Below, in pieces: positions 6,278 through 15,900 of a stretch of DNA of 16,762 nucleotides. Made by a program: the position numbers and the translations under genes. Within the stretch, counting starts at the first letter, position 1. Each line of letters begins with the position of its first letter. The DNA is taken from IMG/VR virus record IMGVR_UViG_2595698513_000001, positions 94,745 to 111,506 of that record; one strand, given 5' to 3'. The stretch comes from a virus. Taxonomy: Duplodnaviria > Heunggongvirae > Uroviricota > Caudoviricetes > Demerecviridae. Under the pieces are notes generated by a model. That model was not told the DNA's origin. It made no database searches and saw only the letters and a list, made by a program, of their open reading frames with translations.

Positions 6278-9117
6278 GTAATATATTAGACTCAGCCAAG
6301 AAGTATATAGAAGAAACAGAAGAAATAAATTTAGCACATCTAATCTCCCTAGAGCTACCTGGCAGTTCAGGTGTTTTTATATACTTAACAGATTATTTTA
6401 GAGATATTACTTATAAAGGTCAAGTATATAAATCGGGAGTAATTAAAAGAGTAGGTGATGTAAAACAGACTAAAGAGCTAACAATCTATAGAGTCCCAGT
6501 ACAAGTAAGTGGGGCTATAGATGAAGAGATAGACAGAGTGCTAAATTCTAAGAGCTTTTTGAATAGAAAACTAAAAATAGATAGAGTATTCTTAGATGAA
6601 GATGGTGAGATTATTCAAATATATGCGGATGGCAGTACCATTACCTACTTTGAAGGGGTTATAGTAAGTAGTGCATTAGACGAGTCAAATACTAATAAAG
6701 GTAAAGGACGTTCTGTAATTACATGGAACTGTGCTAGTAAGCTATACGCACTTGATGCCATTAACGGCAGGCTCACGGATGATGCATCTCACCGAGGATT
6801 GATCAATGTAAACGGAATTATGCAACCCTCAAGCAGTGCCAAAAAGCCAGAGTATCAATTAGATAAGGGCTTCTTCCACGCCAATAAGTCCGTCAAGCTG
6901 CTAGCTGAATACCAGACAAAAGAAAAACGTTATCGTCTAAAGAAAAGACGTGCTGGAGGCTTCCGTGGTCTTATGGGACAAAAACATTATGACATGGAAG
7001 AATACTGGGCAAATGTAGTAAAAGAAGTAGATATGGATATAAACCTTACTGCCAAATATTTACCTGTAGTATACGGGGTACAGAAGGTTGCCGGTATACC
7101 TATTTTCTTTGATACGGATATTAATAACCCAGAAGAAATATGGGCTGTATATGCGTTCTGTGAAGGCGAGATAGATGGATTTCTAGATATATTTTTTGGG
7201 GATAACCCAATGATTTGTATATCTGAAAATGACCAATCTAAACGAGCTTGTGTAGGGATGAAACGTAACAACGGTGACACTATAGGAGCTCTAGCACCTG
7301 CTAGTGGAAGAACTGTACCTAGTAAGCATGGTGAGCACTATGTTTATGATGATGGTAATGGGCCTATAGACTTCTGGACGTTCCATGGGTCGGTAACTCA
7401 GGATGCTGCAAAAGTACTTGTGGATAAAGCATCAGCAGGATCATTCAAGTTACAAAATGACGGTAACTATGGGGCAGAGTACTGGGATGACTCATTTAAG
7501 CTAACGGACACTGCTTACCTAGTTGTTAAGTTCGAACTAAATGAAAATAGAACCTCAATACCTGAAGTATCGGCAGAAATCCAAGGTAAGAAGATACCAG
7601 TATACCATGAAGACGGGACAGTAACTGCGGATAGAACCTCCTTGAATCTAGCATGGCAAACACTAGACTATTTACGTAGTACAACTTACGGGGCAGGACT
7701 TACTTTAGATGAGATTGACTTGGCTTCTGTAAGAGAATGTGCTAAGTATATGGATGCAGTAGATACTTCATATGACCCTGACTGGGTTCCTTATTGGCGA
7801 TACCTAGGTTGGGAGGATTATACAGCAGAGAATAGACAAATACTGCAAGGATCCGCTATCCTATCTACTAGTGATACTGTGTTTAAGAATGTGCAATCCT
7901 TGATTGCTCAATACGATGCTTCTTTAAATATAGTTAGTGGTAAGTATACTCTGACTATGGAGGCAGATAAGCCAGTAGTATATGATATAAATGAAGGAGA
8001 TATAATTGATGGTAGTATCAAAGTCTCTGACAACTCTATGGAGAACAAGTATAACTCCATCCAAGCAAGTATAATTGATCCTGCTAATGCATGGGGTAGT
8101 AATACTATTACCTTCTTCAATAAAGATTATAAGATAGAAGATAATGGGAAGGATAGAAAAGCAAACGTAACCTTCCCTTTCATAACTAACTACTATACTG
8201 CCCGTACAAGAGCCGAGTATTATTTAAGGAAGTCTAGATATAACAGAACTGTTTCATTTAGTCTACCGTTTACTTTCTTATGGCTATACCCAAATGCTAA
8301 TATAACTCTAAGTGTAAAGAGATATGGGTGGGACAAGAAGCATTTCTTAATCCAAGATATGACTTGGAAAGCAAATGGGCACATTATGGTAACTGCTAGA
8401 GAATACGCTCCAGATGTGTTTATAAACTCTACGCAAACAGATAACAGTGATGATCAGATACCTGATGTAGTTGTAAGTGTATTACCTCCACGAGATCTAC
8501 AGTATGATCCTAAGTTAGGCGAGCCTGAGGTAGGACTAAACGGTACTCTTTCATGGTTACCAAGTTTAACTAAGAGGGTGTCATACTATACTATTAAATA
8601 CACAGGATTGGTAGATTTAATTACTGTACCTGTATCTGGCACAGCTCCACTGAACTCAAGAGTTACTCTCCCTCTATATAATCTAGCAGAGGGAGAGTAT
8701 ACCTTTGAGGTTAGAGCAGTATCTCCAGATGGTGACACTAGCCTACCAGCTAAGTTGGTAGTTAATGTTAACCCTAGTGCTATTCTACCTAAAATCGAAA
8801 ATCTTAGACTTATAAATAGAACAGATACATCTGCAAAAGTATTTATAGGTAAAGATGTAGAGCTTATGTGGGACGAACTACTGGAAGGTGCTTCGGTTTC
8901 AGGCTTTAGATATAGACTTAGATTTTTAGATGGCGATACTGGTGAGGTTTTACGAGACACCACTACTACCTCTACCTCTTTTATTTATACTTATGATATG
9001 AATAAAGAAGATTATAAAAGAACACATGGAACTCTCGGTATATGTAGAAATATTATAATATATATTCGAGGAGAAGCTGATAACAATATAACTTCAATTG
9101 ATTGGACAATACTATGA
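6274..9117 (+). CDS. pb3: Baseplate hub protein (T5 pb3-like) with C-terminal fibronectin-III-like domains
   Basis: ATGA overlap with pb9. 947 aa. ILDSAK, IYLTDYFRD, SVITWNC, TDDASHRGL, YAFCEGEIDGFLD, ITNYYTAR, VLPPRD and GTLSWLPSLT match T5 pb3 as recalled. Confidence 0.95.
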   Translation: MSNILDSAKKYIEETEEINLAHLISLELPGSSGVFIYLTDYFRDITYKGQVYKSGVIKRVGDVKQTKELTIYRVPVQVSGAIDEEIDRVLNSKSFLNRKLKIDRVFLDEDGEIIQIYADGSTITYFEGVIVSSALDESNTNKGKGRSVITWNCASKLYALDAINGRLTDDASHRGLINVNGIMQPSSSAKKPEYQLDKGFFHANKSVKLLAEYQTKEKRYRLKKRRAGGFRGLMGQKHYDMEEYWANVVKEVDMDINLTAKYLPVVYGVQKVAGIPIFFDTDINNPEEIWAVYAFCEGEIDGFLDIFFGDNPMICISENDQSKRACVGMKRNNGDTIGALAPASGRTVPSKHGEHYVYDDGNGPIDFWTFHGSVTQDAAKVLVDKASAGSFKLQNDGNYGAEYWDDSFKLTDTAYLVVKFELNENRTSIPEVSAEIQGKKIPVYHEDGTVTADRTSLNLAWQTLDYLRSTTYGAGLTLDEIDLASVRECAKYMDAVDTSYDPDWVPYWRYLGWEDYTAENRQILQGSAILSTSDTVFKNVQSLIAQYDASLNIVSGKYTLTMEADKPVVYDINEGDIIDGSIKVSDNSMENKYNSIQASIIDPANAWGSNTITFFNKDYKIEDNGKDRKANVTFPFITNYYTARTRAEYYLRKSRYNRTVSFSLPFTFLWLYPNANITLSVKRYGWDKKHFLIQDMTWKANGHIMVTAREYAPDVFINSTQTDNSDDQIPDVVVSVLPPRDLQYDPKLGEPEVGLNGTLSWLPSLTKRVSYYTIKYTGLVDLITVPVSGTAPLNSRVTLPLYNLAEGEYTFEVRAVSPDGDTSLPAKLVVNVNPSAILPKIENLRLINRTDTSAKVFIGKDVELMWDELLEGASVSGFRYRLRFLDGDTGEVLRDTTTTSTSFIYTYDMNKEDYKRTHGTLGICRNIIIYIRGEADNNITSIDWTIL

Positions 9118-12100
9118 TTGAGAATACATTACCAAGAAAACTAGTTCTAGGTACTATTGCTCCGGGATATACAAAACTGTATATCCCTCATTCTAGCTAC
9201 GAGGACGAAGACGTAGTTGGTAAAGCATTTTGGGTAGATGGAACTAGATTTATAGACACAAATATAGATGTTTTATATACTATAGTCGATAATTTAAAAG
9301 ACAACACAGAATATAAACTTATCGAAGGGTCTTACTATGATGCTATGGTAGACTCAGAGCTTCTGGACAATAAGCTAGGTATTAATATGTCAGAAGCATC
9401 TTCAGCAAAAACGTTGGAGTATCCTAGCATTCACAATGTTATAGTAGGTGCTCAAGAAGTAGATATTGGTGTTGGTGATCCTATTATAACTATGGATATA
9501 CAAGGAGACGCTCAATCTATAAGAATAGATAAGAAGCTGTCTTCTGAGGACGATACTCACTGGCAACCTTGTTATAGTGGTGCTCCAGATGCGGTATCTT
9601 TTACTACAGGGCAAGGCACATATGACTTTAGGGTTATAGGTTTCATTTATATGCCTGATGGGGTTACTACAGAATCCTCACCTTATAGTACAATAAAAAA
9701 TGTTAAAGTAGAGAACATGTTCCGCCCACCTAGTGCTCCGGAGAATATTAATTTTAAAGTAGCAAAAATAATGGATGGGATAGAGCGTTACGACCTACAA
9801 GTAAGTTGGGACTGGGATAAAGGTACTGGCAGTTCTGTCAGAGAATTTGTTCTTTACTTTGTAGAGACTAGCGAGTATAATAAAACTCAATGGAGAAAGG
9901 CAAGCAAAATTAACAGTGGTGCTGCTAAAGCATCAGTGATTACAAGTTTTCCTTTTAATAAAGAATACAAATTTAAGGTAGCCGCTATAGCATGGGGTCC
10001 TGCTGACCAAGCACTAACCGACTCTAATACCGCAGCCTTTAAAATTACAAGCTCAACCCCTCTAGACTCTTCTTTTGCCAATGAGACCGGCATAGAAGTT
10101 ACTTATGACCATATCAAAGCATATAGAGACCTAGCAGGTAGAAAAGAGCAAACATTTAGACTAGATGCGAAAACTGGTTCATTAGCTATTGGTAAGCTAG
10201 ATGACCAAGGTCATGCGCCTATTTCTGTTGACCCTTTAAGTGGTAATGTCAACGTAGATGGTGCGGTAATATCAAAGACAATGTACTCAGCTTCTTTTGT
10301 ATTATCTAATTTATCTGGTAAAGATAATCCTAGTATAAGAACAGCATCTAAGACAGGGTATGGACAATCTGCACAAGGTATGTGGATGGGTTACACTAAC
10401 AATGACCAGAAGTTTAAGTTTGACCTAGGAGATTCCACCAAGTTTATTAGATGGGACGGGGAGAAGCTCCTTATATCTGGTAAAGTACAAATTGGTACTC
10501 CAGGTGGTAATGTGGACATAGATAAAGGTATTCAAGGTAACTTTGTAGCCAATATCTATAAAGAAGCAGCTACACAACCAAGCGCCCCTTTAGGTAATAA
10601 TTATCCACCAGCAGGTTGGAGCGAAGCCCCAATTACCAACGCTACAGACTTAGTATGGATTTCTACGGCTGTTATAGATTCTAAGACTAACCAAGTTGCT
10701 AGTGGTAGTGCATGGTCTACGCCAATCCAGTTCACAGCTAAAGCAGGGGAGGATGGTGTTGCATCTGTTATTATATATAAACAGTCAGCTACACAGCCAG
10801 CTACCCCAACAAATAAATCCATACCACCAGCAGGATGGGCATTACAAGCCCCAGCAAGGGCGGTAGGACAATCCATCTGGGTATCTAGTGCAGTACGTAC
10901 CGGTAATGAGCCTAACATCACCGGTAACTGGTCTGTTCCTAGTAAGTTTAGTGGTGACCAGGGTGATCAAGGTATTCCGGGACGAAATGGTAGGGACGGC
11001 CAAACCTTTTACACTTGGATTAAATATGCTGATGCAGCCTCAGGCGCAGGCATGAGTAATTCACCGACTGGTAAAAAATATATTGGTATCGCTAGTAACA
11101 TGACAAGCTCTACTGAAAGTAATAATCCTACTGATTATACTTGGGCTCTTATGAAGGGTGATCAAGGTATTCCAGGTACCAATGGTAAGGATGGCAAAAC
11201 TACATATACTTGGATTAAGTATGCTGACGATAGCGCAGGGAGGGGCTTTTCAGACGATCCTACTGGTAAGGCTTACCTTGGTATAGCTACTAATAAGACT
11301 GTACAACAGGAAAGTAGTGATTGGCGAGACTATAGATGGAGTAAGATTCAAGGAGAAAAAGGAGACACCGGTATTCCTGGTCGTAACGGTAAAGATGGTA
11401 GAACTACATATACTTGGGTTAAGTATGCTGATAATGCTACAGGAGCTGGCATGTCAGATAATCCAGCTGGTAAGAAGTATATAGGTATTGCGGTTAACCA
11501 ACTATCTCCAACCGAAAGTACTAACCCTAGTATTTATACTTGGAGTAAGTTTGAAGGTGACGCAGGTGTTCCTGGCCGTAATGGTGTAGATGGTAAGACT
11601 TACTATACTTGGATTAAATATGCGGATAACTCTAGTGGTGGCGGTATTTCTAATAGCGGTATTGGTAAGAAGTATATTGGTTTCGCATATAATAAACCCA
11701 CACCTACTGAGAGTAATAATCCTAGAGATTATACTTGGAGTTTAATTCAGGGCCCGGCAGGTAAAGACGGGCGTCCTGGTAGAGACGGTGCTAATGGTAC
11801 AAATGGTAAGGATGGTAGCAGAGGACCTGGCTTCTATTCTCAAGCTATAAATGGTTTCTCAGGATTCAATACTAGTTCGGCAGCCACATTCTTCCGTAAT
11901 ACTTTCGGGAGTGGGCCAGTTAAGTATGACATACTTACTCAGTTTAATACTAGCAAGCCCTCAATAGCAGAGGCTCGTCAATGGAATGGCTCTAGTTGGG
12001 TTAGTGCGGCGTTATTAGTGCACGGTAACATGATAGTGGATGGCTCTATAACTGCTAAAAAACTTATAGCTACCGATGCGTTCTTGCAACAAATAGGTGT

Positions 12101-12200
12101 TAATAAGATTTACGATAATGCAGCAGCGCAGACTAGTAACCCTGAGGCCAATTACAAAATGAAGATAGACCTTCAAAAAGGCTCTATACATATAAGATAA
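9114..12200 (+). CDS. pb4: Central straight tail fibre / spike (T5 pb4-like) with an internal repeat expansion
   Basis: ATG 9114 overlaps the pb3 stop (ATGA) and aligns with the T5 pb4 start. VDIGVGDP, ERYDLQVSWDW, NETGIEV, FGSGPVKYD and terminal YKMKIDLQKGSIHIR match T5 pb4 as recalled. ~1028 aa versus about 690 in T5. Confidence 0.92.
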   Translation: MIENTLPRKLVLGTIAPGYTKLYIPHSSYEDEDVVGKAFWVDGTRFIDTNIDVLYTIVDNLKDNTEYKLIEGSYYDAMVDSELLDNKLGINMSEASSAKTLEYPSIHNVIVGAQEVDIGVGDPIITMDIQGDAQSIRIDKKLSSEDDTHWQPCYSGAPDAVSFTTGQGTYDFRVIGFIYMPDGVTTESSPYSTIKNVKVENMFRPPSAPENINFKVAKIMDGIERYDLQVSWDWDKGTGSSVREFVLYFVETSEYNKTQWRKASKINSGAAKASVITSFPFNKEYKFKVAAIAWGPADQALTDSNTAAFKITSSTPLDSSFANETGIEVTYDHIKAYRDLAGRKEQTFRLDAKTGSLAIGKLDDQGHAPISVDPLSGNVNVDGAVISKTMYSASFVLSNLSGKDNPSIRTASKTGYGQSAQGMWMGYTNNDQKFKFDLGDSTKFIRWDGEKLLISGKVQIGTPGGNVDIDKGIQGNFVANIYKEAATQPSAPLGNNYPPAGWSEAPITNATDLVWISTAVIDSKTNQVASGSAWSTPIQFTAKAGEDGVASVIIYKQSATQPATPTNKSIPPAGWALQAPARAVGQSIWVSSAVRTGNEPNITGNWSVPSKFSGDQGDQGIPGRNGRDGQTFYTWIKYADAASGAGMSNSPTGKKYIGIASNMTSSTESNNPTDYTWALMKGDQGIPGTNGKDGKTTYTWIKYADDSAGRGFSDDPTGKAYLGIATNKTVQQESSDWRDYRWSKIQGEKGDTGIPGRNGKDGRTTYTWVKYADNATGAGMSDNPAGKKYIGIAVNQLSPTESTNPSIYTWSKFEGDAGVPGRNGVDGKTYYTWIKYADNSSGGGISNSGIGKKYIGFAYNKPTPTESNNPRDYTWSLIQGPAGKDGRPGRDGANGTNGKDGSRGPGFYSQAINGFSGFNTSSAATFFRNTFGSGPVKYDILTQFNTSKPSIAEARQWNGSSWVSAALLVHGNMIVDGSITAKKLIATDAFLQQIGVNKIYDNAAAQTSNPEANYKMKIDLQKGSIHIR
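10953..11750 (+). repeat. Four tandem 65-68 aa repeats in pb4 (Gly-X-Y linker + YTW[IV]KYAD...GKKYIGIA.N....ES.NP.DYTW)
   Basis: GDxG[IV]PG starts at 10962, 11157, 11361 and 11556 (spacings 195, 204 and 195 nt). Confidence 0.95.
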
Positions 12201-12202
12201 TT

Positions 12203-12985
12203 ATGAGTAAGATAGTTAATTTAAAGATAGAAGAAGGGGCTACTTTTGCTCACGCATTAAAGTTTACAACTAACAAAGTAGTGGGTTCTCAATTGAACCC
12301 GCTTACTAATCAAGAAGTCCCAATTAAACAACGAGTTCCAATCTCTTTGACAGGATATACCATCGTAGCGCAGCTTAGAACGTCTTTCTCGAAAGATTCT
12401 AAGTTAATAGTGAATTTCGAAACTACTATAGCCTCTGGTACTATGGGACTCGCATATATAGGACTAACCAAGGAGCAAACAGCAGCTTTAGGTAAGTTTA
12501 CAGATAGACGTGTAATAGAAGTAGGCTCTAATAGAGTTTATGATCTAGGTTACTATGACGTATTACTTATTAGCCCTAATGGCTCCGCTACCCGTATATA
12601 CCAAGGTAAATGTTATCTTAGTAGGGCGGCCACACTAGATCCTCTAGTGGAAACAGGCCTAGGAAGCACAGTTACTAAATCTCCAGTTACTCCTATTGAG
12701 CAATCAACTACAATTACAGTAGATAAAACTAAACCGCATTACTTTGCAGGCATCCGATATTTTAGTGGCGGTATTCAATCAACACCTACAGGTGGTGTAG
12801 TAAATATCTATAAAATGCCAGATACCTCTAGCGCTTTTCAGAGTGCTCCTGTAGGTACATTGGCTGCTACTGTACCAACTGCTGAGGTAGCATGGTATGG
12901 TAACTCAAAACAGGTTAAGGCAGTTCCTAAGAATATTACTGGGGCTGACTCTTATCAATTAGTTGTTGTAAGCAACATTTCATAG
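12203..12985 (+). CDS. Collar / lateral-fibre attachment protein (T5 p132-like, BppU-like N-terminal domain) with a C-terminal extension
   Basis: Lies between pb4 and the fibre gene. IVNLKIEEGATF, PISLTGYTIVAQLR, FETTIASGTMGLAYIGLT and GYYDVLL...RIYQGKCYLS match the p132 pattern over ~146 aa, followed by ~114 extra residues. Confidence 0.8.
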   Translation: MSKIVNLKIEEGATFAHALKFTTNKVVGSQLNPLTNQEVPIKQRVPISLTGYTIVAQLRTSFSKDSKLIVNFETTIASGTMGLAYIGLTKEQTAALGKFTDRRVIEVGSNRVYDLGYYDVLLISPNGSATRIYQGKCYLSRAATLDPLVETGLGSTVTKSPVTPIEQSTTITVDKTKPHYFAGIRYFSGGIQSTPTGGVVNIYKMPDTSSAFQSAPVGTLAATVPTAEVAWYGNSKQVKAVPKNITGADSYQLVVVSNIS

Positions 12986-12994
12986 AGGAATTTT

Positions 12995-15900
12995 ATGGCT
13001 GACAATATTGAAATAGAACAAAGAGTACTTGACGGGGACCTAGCTGGTCCCGTTAACGTGGAAATAGATACTAAGGAATTCACTGGGGAAGTTTCTCTAG
13101 AAAACAGCTTACTTGACGGTACTGGTAGTGAGATTAATGTTGAACTATCAGAGAGCATGGGTGTAGTTGGTATCGATGACTTAGTAGAGGTTAAGAGCGA
13201 AATCGACAAGTCTGTAAATAAAGCAGAAGCTACAGTAGCAGAAGCTCAGCGACAAATTGATAAAGCTAACCAAACTATTGAAAACATGGTTGCAGCTAAA
13301 GATCAAATTGCTGTACAAGTCGATACTGCTAAGAAGGCCGCAGTGGCTTCTAAGAATAGTGCAGATGCAGCATACCTGAGCCGTAACAATGCTCTAGTAA
13401 GTGAAACAAAAGCTAAGGACTCAGAAGACGCTGCTAAAGCTTCCCAGTCGGCAGCCAAGATTAGTGAGGATAAAGCCAAAGCTTCTCAATCAGCAGCTAA
13501 GGATTCAGAGACACTAGCATCACAGAAAGCAGCAGAAGCAACTGGTCAAGCAGGTACAGCTACAGAACAAGCAAAAGCAGCGAAGGCATCTGCAACAAAA
13601 GCAGAGCAAGAACAACAAGCAGCACTAGCAGCCCAAAAGGCAGCAGAAAAAGCGAGAGACGCAGCTAAATCTTCTGAAACAGCAGCAGCTCAATCAGCAG
13701 GCAGCGCATATAGCTACCAACAGGCAGCTAAAGCATCTGAAGATAAAGCAGACCAATACCAAGCTGCGGCAGCCACTTCAGCCGCAGATGCAGCTGCATC
13801 AGCAGCGTCAATGACACAATCTGTAGCAGACGCAACAGCAGCCAAGGTTGCAGCAGAATCTGCTCAATTAGCTTCTGAAAATGCTAGAGATGTTTCAACT
13901 GCTAAATCAGTAGTCGCAACTGAGAAGGCAGATGCAGCTAGTATTTCAGCAGCGGCAGCATTAACTTCTCAACGAGCAGCTAAAACTAGCGAGACCAACG
14001 CTAAAGCTAGTGAAACTAAAGCTAAAACTAGTGAAACCAATGCTAAAACTAGTGAAACCAATGCTAAAGCATCTGAGGATAAAGCAGATCAATATAGCGT
14101 AGCAGCTAATACTAGTGCAACTGAAGCTAATATCTCAGCCAAGGCAGCATCTGTATCTCAAATAGCAGCAGCAGAGAGTGCAAGTCAAGCAGTAGGAAGT
14201 AAACAAGCAGCGGCTCAATCAGCAAGTGCAGCAGCTAATTCTGCACAAGAATCTGAGGTATCTAATCAAGCAGCCAAGGTAGCTCAAACAGCAGCAGAGA
14301 CAGCACAAAAATCATCAGAAGATGCTCGTGACGCAGCTAAAGATAGCGAGACTAAAGCTAAGACTAGTGAAACTAATGCGGCTACTAGTGCTACTACGGC
14401 TTCTCAAAAAGCTAATGCAGCTAGTAACTCTGCAACAGCGGCAGCTACTAGCGCTAATCAAGCAGCACAATCTAAGAATGCAGCTAAAGTTAGTGAAACC
14501 AACGCTAAGTCTAGTGAGGATAATTCTAAGTCTAGTGAAACCAAAGCTAAAGCAAGTGAGTCTAATGCAGCGGATTCCGCACTACAAGCTCAAGCCCATG
14601 CTGGTGGTGCTTTAGCAGCACAACTAGAAGCTGAAAAAGCTCGTGATGTTGCTAAAGTTAGCGAGACCAATGCAAAGGCAAGTGAAGTCAAAGCTAATGC
14701 TAGTAAATTGGCAGCTAAGGCTAGTGAAACTAATGCAAGTAACTCTGCAACAGCGGCAGCTACTTCAGCTAGTGAGGCCAGCTCTAGTAAAACAGCAGCG
14801 GCTAACTCAGCATCAAATGCAGCTAGTTCAGCAACAGCGGCTAAGACTAGTGAAGATAAAGCTAAAGCCTCTCGTGATGAAGCTGAGAAGTTTGCTATAG
14901 AACTTCGTAAAGGTAACGTATACAGAGGTACCTGGAACCCTAACTCAGGTAAGTATCCTGATGTCCCACCAACTAACTCACGTTGGGATGTTCAGTTAAA
15001 TCAAGGTCAATTAAAAACAGACTTTGATGGTAAAGAATGGAACTGGGGCGACCGTCTAATCTACGTATTAGAAACTAAGTCTTTTGATATTGTAGAGTCT
15101 GGTACAGGTGTTGCATCTGTAAACGGTGACACCGGGGCTGTAACAGTAACTCCAGATAGTATTGGGGCTGTCAAGAAGACTGGAGGTACTGTTAGTGGTA
15201 ATCTAGTCATCCAAACGCCCAATAACCCTACATTAACTATTAGTGAGAATAACACTACTGCTAATAGTGGGCCTCGTTTACGTTTTGAAACCAGTAATAC
15301 TCAAGGAGTGGAACTATATCACTTAGAGCATGATGGTGATATTCCTGGTGGAGGCTACGCGCTAAAACTACAGAAAGCTCCTGGTAATACTCAGTCCCTT
15401 GGTGCTACCCTGGTCGTAGAAGGAGATATCTACGAACAAAATAATAAGCGAGTCTACTCTGAAGCTAATAAACCTACCCCAGCGGATATTAACGCAGTAT
15501 CTAAATCTGGTGACCAAATCAATGGTAATCTAATTACTACAGGTTATACTCGTGCAAACAATGTACAAGTTGGTACGCTAACTTCTAGTGATAAATCTGT
15601 TCTATCAGGTACACAAAAGATTGCTGTAGTTGGTAACGATCAGCTAGATAGAGTGGATATTAAGGGTAAACTTCTTACCCATAACGGTAAAGAAGTTTAC
15701 TCAGAAGATAATAAGCCATTACCTTACGATATTAATGCGGTTACTAATACTGAACAATTCAGAGTATACGCTAGAAACTATGTAGCTAATAAGACCATAA
15801 ACCCTGAGCTTCTAGGGTATGAAGGTAAGCCACTAACCTTAGCAGATAAATCTTACTATATTAGAGTATATACATTATCTACTGGTACAGTTACAGGGGC

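Noticed and set aside
6760-6980. Apparently GC3-richer patch in the hub gene as a recombination tract
   Set aside because: Impression by eye only, over too short a stretch to support without computation.
10953-11750. Repeats considered as a CRISPR array or a DGR template/variable pair
   Set aside because: They are in-frame protein repeats diverged at synonymous sites, with no identical direct repeats plus spacers, no adenine-specific pattern and no reverse transcriptase in the window.
14322-14900. Two Leu/Gln-rich + strand ORFs (14322..14615, 14643..14900)
   Set aside because: They are +1-frame shadows of GCT/GCA/AGT codon runs inside the continuous fibre ORF, with no SD.
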